Below, in pieces: positions 25,076-36,886 of a stretch of DNA of 64,000 bases; the stretch's first letter is position 1; every line of letters begins with the position of its first letter. Where the stretch lies: the NCBI RefSeq assembly GCF_009834535.1, contig NC_045707.1:52268001-52332000 (forward strand), read 5' to 3'. Both the position numbers and the translations under genes were made by a program. This DNA is from Camelus ferus (taxonomy: Eukaryota). The notes beneath the pieces are model-generated. The model was not told the DNA's origin. It searched no databases and worked only from the letters and a program-made list of their open reading frames with translations.

Positions 25076-27135
25076 AAGTATAGCTGGTACTCTAATGAGA
25101 CTGCAGCTGGGCCTTCTGGCAGAAACAGTTCTCCTTCAGGAGTTTGTCCCTCTAAACCCTACTTCCATTTGGCTCTTCCCTGTTGATTTCAACCCTCTGA
25201 TGAGTTTCTTCATCAATTTATCCACATTGTTCTCTTTTTTCACTAGAACTTTTAACATATTAATCATTACAGGTTGTCTAAGCATTTTTTTGTGTGTTTA
25301 TTCTTAGTATTTGTCTAAGCATTGTGTTTTTTGTATTACTTGTTTAAGTAAATTTTTTGTGTGTTTTTCGTGTGTTTTTTAGGGGTGCTCTGATCTTTTC
25401 AATCTATGGATTAATATTTTTGTTACATTATTCTTTAATTTTGCTCTCTCTTCCTCCTGGGACTCCAATTATATTAATGTTAGATGCCTGGATATTGTCC
25501 CATAGGTCACTGCATGTTGGCTTATCTTAACTCTGTTTTTCAGTTAAGGTAGTGTCCATTTCCAGGCCTTTGTGTACACTGATTTCCTTCTATGCAGTAT
25601 CTAATCTGATATTAAATCCACAGAGAGAGATATATATACATATATATTTATTTATTTATATAAAGAGCATTGAATGTTAAATTAATTATTCTTGTCATTT
25701 TGCAGTCTGTTTCTAGTGATTGAGTTTTCTTCTGTTTGGGGTCATATATTCCTGATTCTTCTAATAATTCCATGCTTACATGATAGACTCACTACATTTT
25801 TTTTTTTTTTGTCTTTCTTTTGAAGGTGTTGAATTTTTTGACTGATAGTTAATATATTTTCAAATCAGCATGATTCTTGCAAGGCTTGTTTTTAAAATAT
25901 GCTAGTGTGGCCATATAGTAGCCTTTACGTTTAGGGATAGTGTAACGCTTTTCTTAAGGTTTGGTCGTTCCAGTATCTTTATTGAATGTTCTAATCATGA
26001 AGTCTTTTCACTATGGTTGGTTGCATCTCAAACACCTCCCAGTCCTGTATCACCTAAGAGAGCTGTCAGTTGTTCTCTCCACCGTTAGCGGTTCTTTCCC
26101 TCCACGTGTGGAGTCTCACCCTGAGCATCTGCTGCTCAGTATTTAGCCACTCAGTTGCGGAATTCTAGGGCTCTTTAATTGCATAGATTTTTTTTTTTTA
26201 CATGATACTTTATCTTCAGCCTCCCTAATTTCTGATTTTAGTGATCTTTGCTTAGTAAGGCTGTTTATACACTGCTTTAGACCCCTTTTTCTTACGCTAC
26301 CTCCTTCATTGGACTTCCAGGGAGAAAGACTCAACATGTATGGGGGTCAACTCATTTCTCAGGGATCAAAGTCCTGAACTCCCTAGGTCAAATATCTGAA
26401 AACTATTGTTTTGAATATGATGTACTGTTTAATAGCTATTTACAGAGGATGGCTGGATTAGTAGCTGGAGTCAGGACTGGAAGTAAGAATATCTATACAT
26501 TTTTAAAAGCAGTTTTATTAAAGTAAGATGAACATACAATAAACTGTACATATGTAAAGTATATAATATGATAGTTATTGATACATGTATACATATATCG
26601 TCACCAACACCAAAGTAATGAATATATCCATTACCCTATGAACCTTTGTAATTCCTTTCCCCTACTCTTACCCCTTTCCACATCTTCTTCCCATCCATCG
26701 GCAACCCCTGGTCTGATTTCTGTTTATACAAATCATTTGGCGTGTTCTGTGATTTTATGTAAATTGATTCATATATTATAACTTCTTCACACAGCATGAT
26801 TATGATATCCATCCATGTTGTTACATGGATCAATAGGTCATTCTTTTTATTGAAGAGTAGTATTTAATTGCATGGACATAATGGAATTTGTTTATCTATT
26901 CATCTGTTAGTGAACATTTGGCATACTTCCAGTTATTAACATTTTATTTCTAATAAAAATGTTATGAACATTCATATCTTTGTGCAGACATACATTTTCA
27001 TTTCTCTTAAGTAAATTCCTAGGAATAGAATGGCTGAATTAAGAGATACCTGTATGTTTGAAATTTCAAGAAATGTCCAAGTAATTGCACAAAATATATT
27101 AGCATTCCAGTTTCTCCATATCCTTGCCAGCTACC
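25075..27135 (-). mobile_element. Old L1M fragments (ORF1-region and 3' end pieces)
   Basis: CTCCTGGGACTCCAATTATA...GTCCCATAGGTCACTG (ORF1 antisense) and ATCCATCCATGTTGTTACATG (3' end). Confidence 0.65.
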
Positions 27136-27169
27136 TTATATGGTCTTTATTTCTTTTTTTAAATTTCCT

Positions 27170-27281
27170 TGTTTTCCTTTCCTCTCATTTTCTTTTCTTT
27201 CCTCTCATTTTCTTTCTTTCCTCTCTTGTTCTTTCTTTTCTTTCTTCCTTTCTCTCTCTCTTCTTCTTTTCTTCCTTTCTC

Positions 27282-27334
<53 letters not shown>

Positions 27335-27382
27335 TCTCTCTCTCTTTCTTCCTTCTTCCTTCCTTTCCTTCTTTCTTTCTTG
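27170..27382 (+). repeat. Polypyrimidine (TTTC)n/(TC)n compound microsatellite
   Basis: Directly visible. It abuts an L1MA-like 3' end at about 27383-27520. Confidence 0.97.
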
Positions 27383-27574
27383 TTAAAATAAAAAAGTAAC
27401 ATGAGGTCTACACTCCTGACAAATTCTCAAGTGTACAATACAGTATTACTAATTCTAAGGACAATATTGTACAGCAGGTCCCTAGAGCTTTTTCATTTCA
27501 CATGACTGAAACAATGTGTGTAAAATTTCAGCCCTGCAAGATGGCCTTTTTTTTTTTTTTTAAATTTAGACATT

Positions 27575-27931
27575 TTAATAAGTGAATTGTGTTCCCTCGA
27601 AATGTACATATTAAAATCCTAATCCCAACATGATGCTATTTGAAGATGGATTCTTTGGGAAATAATTAGGTTTATATGGAGTTGTGAGGATGGGACTCTC
27701 AAGATGGCATTAGTATCCTTTTAAGAAAAGACATCAGAGAGTTTGCTCTCTCTCTCGCTTTGCCATGTGAGGATACAGTGAAAAGGCAGCTAGAAAATGA
27801 CCTCACCAGAAGCCAACCATGTTGGCATCTTGATCTTGAACCTCTACCCTCCAGAAATGTGAGAAAATAAATTTCTATTCATTAAGGCACTTAATCTGTG
27901 GGATATTGTTACGGAAGTCTGAACTAATACA
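27575..27931. mobile_element. MLT1A/B-like MaLR LTR
   Basis: TGAATTGTGTTCCC...CCTCCAGAAATGTGAGAAAATAAATTTCT...CTAATACA. Confidence 0.8.
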
Positions 27932-28446
27932 GTAATGATATCTAGTAGCTTTAATTTGCATTTCTTTAATTCTTTAAATCAAGTTTTCATGTTCAATGAA
28001 AGTATGACTGTATTTGATTGGAAGAATTACATTGAATCTATAGATCAACTTCAGATGAATTGACATCTTTATAATATTGTGCCTTTCTAATTCCATGAGA
28101 ATGAGATTTAAAAACAATTTATTTAGATCTTCTATAATTTGTTTCAGTAAAATTTTTTATATTTATCTGCACATGAGTCTTATACCTCTTTGGTTAATTA
28201 ATTCACGGATATTATGTAGTTTTTTCTTGCTATTGTAAATGGATTTTGATAAATGACATAATATTTTTAAATTTGTTTTTTGATATCAACTTAGAAATTT
28301 TTTCTTAAGTTTTCCAGTCCTCTTTACTTACCATTTCTTTTAAAGTGCAATTCAGTGATATCAATGAAATGCTTATATTTTTATTGGAATGTTTAAAACT
28401 TGCCTTCATAAATTTTGAAGTCTGATGATGTTTAAGCTGCCTTCTT

Positions 28447-28638
28447 TTTTTTTTTTATTGAAGTACAGTCAGTTACAATGTGTCAATTTCTGGTGTACAG
28501 CACAATATCCCAGTCACAAATATGCATAACTATATTTGTTTTCATATTCTTTTTTCATTAAAGATTATTATAAAAATTGAACATAGTTTCTTGTGCTATA
28601 CAGAAGAAACTTTTTTTAAAATCTATTTTTATATATAG
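28447..28638 (-). mobile_element. Short 5'-truncated L1 3' end (different subfamily)
   Basis: Poly-T followed by ATTGAAGTACAGTCAGTTACAATG, with a 14-bp TSD TAAGCTGCCTTCTT at 28433-28446 and 28639-28652. Confidence 0.9.
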
Positions 28639-30649
28639 TAAGCTGCCTTCTTGACTATCATGGATTCTAGAAGACAAGCTTTATCTTTCCCAAACTTTTT
28701 CAAAGTTTTAAATATTGTATCTTTGTTTATATTTACTTTCTAATTCCCACATATATCACATCATTATTGGATAGAACATGGTTGCTGGTAGAAGAGAGAG
28801 TAAAGAGAAAATTTTGTCAAGATATTCATTAATATTCTTTATAAATCAAAGTCCTGAAAACAGAGTAAAATAATTATACTTTCCCTTACTTTTTGAATCA
28901 AGATTTTAGAAGATCTTTTAAATTCAAACACAGTGGTTTTCACATAATAGTGATCAAATGGTGTTAGATTCAATATTTTTTATTGATCACACCTATAGTT
29001 TTCAGTCATATTTCTTACTCTATTTCTTATCCTTCTTTCTTCTCTATCTTCTATTTTTATCAACTCCATTCTACACTGTTAAAATATCCTACCTGTGGTA
29101 CTAACGTTTTAATGACCTCTGTAAGAAGGTGAAGAGTGAATGGGGCCAAAAGATTAAAAAAAAAAAAAAAAAGACATGTGAGAAAGCTGGGGAGGGGTGC
29201 TTTATTGCTTCCTGAAATAATAAATATAAGAAATATTTGTCCACTTCCATTGAATATAGAACAGAGAACATAGGACTAAATTAGAGCAAATATGGTTTGG
29301 TTTAATTCATTGAAGCAGAAGTGATTTATTTAGTTACTTCAACTGGAATTAATTCCAACTACTACTTTGGTCCCTACAATTTCAACAACGATTTAAACTT
29401 GTTTCACATTTGTGCATCCCATTTCACGGTGCTAGCTCTCCTTCCATAGATATTGTAGATCATTTGGAAAATGGGTTTTAGAAATACATAAACTCTCACC
29501 ATTTGTTTTTAGTAAGTATCACAAACCAAATTGTTATTTCTAATAATCTTGGTAATTAGAAGCTAGTTTTTTTTTTAAAATCAGATTAGTTCCCTTGCTA
29601 AGATATAATTTAGTTAATCTAGTCACATGCAAATATTGAGTACATTATATTAACAAAACCATTTTGCCCATCTTTTCAAAACAACTCTATTCTTTGTCGA
29701 TTGCATAGTTTTTGTAAGTTCATGAGAGAGCAATTAAAAGTTTTCCTCCTGGCTTTTCTCCGTGGTAAGAATGTGACTTGTTCTGCTTTTAGTTAACTGC
29801 CTTAGAGGTCTTTTGCTGTTAATCATTACTTGTCTGTACTTTAGTGAGAGTGCAACTGCACCTATTATCAACTGATTTACACGGTATCTTTTAGTAAGCA
29901 GGATGTGTTACTTAAGGCTAAAGGGGCAGATTTCATGATCCTGAAAAGAAAGATCATGAAATTTTAATAGGAGTAACATTTATCTCTGCACAACTTGTTT
30001 TTCCACAGCTCTGACCTCGGTTGTAAGACTCCATTATAAGATGGAACAAATTAGATGTTGCATCTGTCAATATCCTCCATAATTGCTCAGAGACTATTTA
30101 AAGGAAACCAGTAAGAAATTATAGTTTATTTGGAATTTGATTTTATTATATTTTAATTTCACATATGTTTACTTTATAATAAAAAGTGAAGAAGATATCC
30201 AGCTTTATGTTTTTGCTAATTGTCACTTATCATAGACATTAGCCACTATTCTGACTCTATTAAAGCATGCAGGATGGGTTAATACAGACCCACACTCTCA
30301 CATATCAAAACAATCAAGGAAATTCTCAGTATCTAAGAAAAAATATTGTAGCATGTGAAAGACTCTGAACACTTTTCTTGAGCCTTAGAGGTTCCAATGC
30401 CCTTGAATTAACTTTGGGTTTGCTACTGCAGGACACTTATTTTGCTCTCAGCTCTTCCACATATGACAGTCAATGGGCCCAACCAGATTCGGAGGACATG
30501 GCCTTAGAAACACTATATCATGACTTCTGATCATTTTAACTAAAAATGAGTTCTTTATATTTCACATAAAATGAGTTTACCATGTGGGTATTGAAATATT
30601 AAAATATAAAATAATCTTTAAGTTGTATATGTATATTTTTCAGAAGAGC

Positions 30650-30850
30650 GTGCCTGTGCCATGTGCTAGGCATTGTACAGTGCGTGTTTCATGTTACACC
30701 ATTCAACCAGAACACTGCTAGGCCATTGTTATAATCACTTTATAGAAGAGTGAAACGGGCTAAGAAAGGTTAAGTAACTTGCTCAAGTGGCAGGACTGGA
30801 ATTTGAGTGAGGTTTGTCTGAGTATCTGACAGCTCCACCTCGTACACACT
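30650..30850. mobile_element. MIR SINE
   Basis: AGGTTAAGTAACTTGCTCAAG core. Confidence 0.7.
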
Positions 30851-31130
30851 GTATGCGTGAGAAAACCAAAGTGAACAAGCGGGTGCATTAAAAAAAAAAA
30901 AGTGATAGTATTCCACAGGCACTTGCTTTTCACACTCTCCAGATCTGGGGTCTAGAGTCATGCCTACTTCTAAAAGGGAATTGCTTTCCATTTCTCTCAA
31001 CTCAGCTTTTAAAAATGCTGAGTTTTTGCTGGATATTTTAGTTGGATATTGCATGTTTTAGGAAGAGGAGAAGAGGTTTGTAAGCTGCAAGGGAAAGAAT
31101 AGACAAGCAGTAATAAAATACCCTGGTAAG

Positions 31131-31696
31131 CAGAACTGGCTACATAATTTTCAGGGCCTGGTATGAAATGAAAACATGGGACTTGTTTACAAGGCAGAAA
31201 GAAAGTATTTTCTTCTATGGCTTCTCTTGAGTTGTCATGCTTTTTACTGTGTACTTAATGCCATGTCCCTCTGGCATGGGGGTGCTTTCAGGGTGAGCTA
31301 GTGTCTCACAGGTACCTGGGGTCAGCCCCAGGATGCAGACTAATCGTAACTCTTGCCATGCCAGTGTGCAGGCCCCTGCTGGGGTGGAGGGTGGCAGTGG
31401 TAACTGGACAGGAGTGGGGGGCAGAGGGAGGAGTTTTGCCAGCAAAGAGCCCATCCTGGGAGGCAGGGAAATAAGATGAGGCAGAAAGAGACAGGATGGC
31501 ATGTGAGCAGAGGCTCGAAGCTCCAGATTCATGATCCAGCATCCCTTTAAACTTCACTTAAAAAGCACATGTCCAAATGTACAATTATTGATACTTTCCA
31601 GACCGCAGCCACAGAACATCCATTAAACCCCAGCCGCCTTCTGAGTGTGGATCCCTCTGCAGATCTAGCGATCGCAGAGCCATGAAGCCATGCCTG
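31131..31696 (+). mobile_element. hAT-Tip100-type DNA transposon remnant (MER45-like)
   Basis: Starts CAGAACTGGCTACATAATTTTCAGGGCC and ends CCATGAAGCCATGCCTG (imperfect TIRs). Confidence 0.7.
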
Positions 31697-34600
31697 CCTG
31701 TGGAACGTATTCCTTGAAAGAGGCTATAGCTGCCCTGGTTCCTTCAGTTCACTCGTTTGATCCTAAGTAATAGATGACAGCAGATAAGCCAAAGTTGGAC
31801 AACGTGAGACTCTAGTTAAAAAGGAATTTAGACCAAAGCAAAAGGCTGAACCTCTTTTAGAAATCAAGTAACTGATGAAAGCAGAAAATCGGTGATGCCA
31901 TGGGACTGCCCCTCAAAAACTGTGCATGGAGAGCACACAAATTATCTCACAAGTAAGACAGTGATCTAGAGAAGAGCACTGTGAACAGCAGAGTCCGTCA
32001 GGCTTTGAGACCAGCTGGAGGTAAACTCTCCCTTGCCCCTTATCTTTTCACTAGCGAGCACACAATCAGGTGCCCCTGGGCCAAACCTCCCGACCTGTAC
32101 AGGTGGAGTTGGCAAGGGGTGATGAGAGTATTCACATACTTAAAATGGGTTGTCGATATTTCAGATTCTCCATAAGATCTGGATTTCAGCTTCTCCTTAC
32201 GAATCTGGAGTTTTACCAAAACTGGCCACAGCCGGAGGACCAACGTCTCATCCTCGGCTGAAGCCAGCGTGGACACTGATTTGCTACACCATTCCCTGTC
32301 ATTCTCAGAGCTGGGGGTGGCCTTGCTCTTAATCACTGCATTTCCACTTAATTTTTTCAGAGAAATATTTATTTTTATTTCCCTATCAAACATTCAGAGA
32401 AGAAAGTCATAAAAATAGGACCATGATTTTCTTACGGCCCCTCCAATTTATCATTTGTATTACCTCTCTGGCCTAAGAGCAGAAAACTGAGTTTGAGACC
32501 TTGGCTTTGCACTTTACTGGCCTCATTCTACCCTTTGCTCATAGGTTCTCAACTTTGTACTGTCCTTTTTCTTTTTTTTTTTGCTCTTTTCCTTTTATGT
32601 TTACTTTTCTAACTTGAGACTTGACCTTCCTCTCTCTCTTACTTTACCCTTTCTTTCTTTTCTTTCTTCTTCCCATTTTCTCATCCATTCCTGTTCCCCA
32701 GGGATCTACCTCATTTATAGATAGACAGAGATCTTGTATGTATTTATATATGTGTCTTATATATATGTAAATGCAAGTTGTATGGTAATAGAGAAAGCAT
32801 GAGAAAGGTAAATTTAGTCTTCAAATTTTACATCTTTTGGAGTGTATTGAAATCTGTGCAGTTTACTGAAAAACAATAAAATCTTTAAGAAAGAAGATAA
32901 ACAACACAATTGTTTCCTAATATTTTTGTCCCTAGGTTTAATTGTTTCCGGGGCAGTTTCAAACACTGTAGCCACTGATTTAGAAAAGTCTCTTTCCATT
33001 TACTGACTTGTGTCTAGAGATTGAGTTACTGAGTACCAGTGAGCAAGCTGAGTACGCTTCCCTGATCCAGGCAGGTTGCTGTTCAGTCCTGCACACGTTA
33101 GCAGATCCACACCATAAATAGAAGTCAAAAGTACTTATTTGAGTCTATTTTGGATCAGCAGGCAGTTTAAAGATTAGAGGATTGGGATAATGTGGTTGTT
33201 GTCTGAATGCTACGCTAGCAGTTGACTAAGTGAGAACTTTTGATATAACTGGATCTAATAGTATTGTGCAAGCACGATGGGTATTAGTAAAGAATAAATT
33301 TTACCTTTTACTATTAAGTCAAATTCTAAGACTAGTCTCTTCCAAAGAATATGGCTTACAGGTAATCAGTGCAAAAATTCACTGTCTGACATTAGGTAAG
33401 TCCTTTCTCTTTGAAGGCCTCACGAAAAACAATCCAATATCACAAAGTTATTATGAACATCAAATAAGATGATGACTATAAAAATACTTAGCACAGCGTA
33501 TCAGCAGCAGTAGGTTCACACTAAACGTGTCTACAAAAGAAAAGAAAGTTCTGTAATTGATTGAGGCAGGAAAAAACACCTTTCTCTGTGTTTACATCTC
33601 AGATTTTTTGTATTTTACCACCTTTTTTTTTTTTTAATGATTTATTTACTGAAATCACTACTATCATCGTTAGGCTGTTACCAATGACCAGTCAAGAAAT
33701 CAGCCGTTTCTTAGAACAATAAGAACTACTTGTTTAAGTCCTTATCTGATTCTTTTGCTTCTCCCCTCCAAAAATTCCTTTGTATCCCTTTCCCCGGATC
33801 TCTAGTTAAAAGATAAGTTGCTGTTAGTCTCATAAGCTTTTAGAAATTTATATAAATTCAAAGTTTTCTGCAATGATGTTTAGAGGGAAATAAGATATGG
33901 AAACTCTGAACACAGCAAGGGTAGAGTAGGTATTTTTAAAATATTTTTCTCTCTTAATATATGCTTGGCTAAAATCAGGCATTTGGAATTTTATTTAGTA
34001 AATAAAATAAACAATAAAAGGAATTTTTAATAAATAAAATGAACAATTAATAAAAGGTAGTATACTTCTTAAAAAGTAAGATATCCCAGTAGAAAAATGT
34101 TCAAAGATCCTGTGTATGCATTATCTGTATGTGTGTGTCTGTGTGTACATACACATAATTTATTTTTCAAATGCCTTTTTCAGTGTCATGTGTTAAAAAA
34201 AATAGATAATACCCAAACAAGTGGCTGAAAATATTGCCTTTAAAATATCTCAAAACAAAATAAGTGTGGGCAAAATTTTCCCACAAGGGAAAACAAAACA
34301 AAACTGTGAGCTCTCTTTATTTAATGTAAAATTGTTGCTGAAAAACAGCTGCCCAGCACCATTCCTCAGCCCTGTTTGCCTCTGGGTGGAACTTTTTCAC
34401 TAGTTCTAGCTGATGGTTAAATGTTAGTGGTTCTTATTATCATTTTGAATGAAATGCATGTATCCATTCTTTCCTTCCACAAACATTTATTAAAAATTCA
34501 CTGTGATACCTGGTATATTAAATGAGATTATAAGCAATATAGAAATATATGATTTGTATTATGCGATACACCCCGATGCCTCCAGTTAGTAACTGTAAAT

Positions 34601-34934
34601 GTTGTGTGACATCATATTAATTTCTTATGATCATTATGAGACAACTGTAAATGTAAAGCATTATATTCAACACTATTTAATGAGCAGTTCTTGTGATAAA
34701 TACAGATGTCCTAGCAGAATCTCAGTGACAATATTTTATCTTTCAGTGATGGTTTTCTGCTTTGAGTTTGATGGATACCTTACATGTTAAACAATTATAA
34801 TGAGCAGCTCAGGAAGTAATATAATAAAAAACTCTGAACATAGAAATAACATTTTTTTGCTATGGCTATTAGGAAAACTCTCTGGAGATTATTCATTTAT
34901 GTGTATGAATTTTTCTCATCAAAACTTTCTAAGA

Positions 34935-36180
34935 TTTCATTGTGAAAATTTTCAGACATGCTGAAAAATGAAAATAATTTTATAGTATCCCCATACCCAT
35001 ATTAACATATAGCCACTATTAAGATTTTACTATACTTGCTTGATCATTTATCCTTCCATCTACGTGTAGTTCAATCCTTCCTATTATTTTATACATTTCA
35101 AAAAATAGTTGTAGACATCATGTACACTTCCCCCTAAAATCCTTAACATGTATATGATCACCTAAATGTCAATTTCTGTTAACAATTTATTTTAAAATAA
35201 AATATCCGTATCCTAAACTACACAGATCTTAAGTGTCTTACTTCATGAATTTTGACAGCCTTATATACACCTGTGCAATCCAATCACCTGTCAAGGTGCA
35301 GGACATTGCTATCACACAAGAAAACCCTTCATGCTTTTTTTTTTTTAAACTTTTTTTTATTGAGTTATAGTCATTTTACAATGTTGTGTCAAATTCCAGT
35401 GTAGAGCACAATTTTTCAGTTATACATGAACATACATGTATTCATTGTCACACTTTTTTTTTTCACTGTGAGCTACCACAAGATCTTGTATCTATTTCCC
35501 TGTGCTATACAGTATAATCTTGTTTATCTATTCATTTTAAAATCCCAGTCTGTCCTTCCCAACCCCCGTCCCCTTGGCAACCACAAGTTTGTATTCTATG
35601 TCTATGAGTCTGTTTCTGTTTTGTATTTATGTTGTTTTTTTTTTTTTTTTTTTTCAGATTCCATATATGAGCAATCTCATATGGTATTTTCTTTCTCTTT
35701 CTGGCTTACTTCACTTAGAACCTTCATGCTTTTTTATGATCAGTCTTTTCCCCATCAGACCCCAGAGGCAACACAATACTGATTAATTTCACCTCTTCTA
35801 GAAAGCCATATAAATGAAACCACACTACCTGTACTCTTTTATGTAACTTCCCTTCATTTAACATGATTTCTTGAAATTTATGCACATTATTGTGTTTATT
35901 GATAATATCTTCATTTTTATTGCCAAACAGTTTTCCATCATATAAATATGCTTCACTTTTGTAATCCATTCTGCTGATGACAACTTAAGAAGTTTTCAGT
36001 TGTTAATCAGTTTTGTTTGATTCTGCTATGAGCTTTCTTGACAAGTAAGTGCAGATGTATGTTTTTACTACTCTTGGGTAAACACCTAGAAGTGCAATTG
36101 TGGAGTCATATGACAGAAGTATCTTTAGGTTTATAAGATACTGCCAGATCTTTTTTTTTCAAAATGGTTGTAACTTCTAG
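34935..36180 (-). mobile_element. Old L1M 3' region, host of the 35341 insertion
   Basis: Decayed L1 3' motifs (CTTGGGTAAACACCTAGAAGTGCAATTG...). Confidence 0.65.
35341..35720 (-). mobile_element. Short 5'-truncated young L1 (3'UTR plus ORF2 end)
   Basis: Highly similar to 36565-36955, with a poly-T tail and a 15-bp TSD CCTTCATGCTTTTTT at 35326-35340 and 35721-35735. Confidence 0.93.
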
Positions 36181-36886
36181 TTTTATTTTCTTGTGAAGTT
36201 CTAATTTAAAATTAGACTTTGTTACTCATTCTCTGGTAAAGGAGAGGTCCACACTAAAAGTGTAAGGCATTATACAGCAGGATGACCCTGGCAGTAAAGC
36301 CAGTCCTTTTAAAGATGCATAAAGACTGAAAGTGAACAACTTTATACAAAAATAAGTACACATTATTTTTAACAGGTATTAAATTTCAAATTGCTATATA
36401 GAATATCAAGAATTTTATTAAAACTAATGTAGTCTTGATTCCTATAAATACAAGCAATCAAAACATAACATTTCTTTAGTTAGCATTCACTTAAGTGTTG
36501 AACATCATTATGTACTGCTTTGATCCAACGCTAATTTAAATCATAATTAAATTGAGATTTATTTATTTTTTTAACATTTTTTATTGATTTATAATCATTT
36601 TACAATGTTGTGTCAAATTCCAGTGTTCAGCACAATTTTTCAGTCATTCATGGACATATACACACTCATTGTCACATTTTTTTCTCTGTGAGTTATCATA
36701 ACATTTTGTGTATATTTCCCTGTGCTATACAGTGTAGTCTGTTCTACAATTTTGAAATCCCAGTCTATCCCTTCCCACCCTCCACCCCCCTGGTAACCAC
36801 AAGTCTGTATTCTCTGTCTGTGAGTCTATTTCTGTCCTTTATTTACGCTTTGTTTTTGTTTGTTTGTTTGTTTTTGTTTTTGTTTT

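Noticed and set aside
27030..27402. Phe/Leu/Ser-rich and Lys/Glu/Arg-rich ORFs
   Set aside because: They are translations of the (TTTC)n microsatellite.
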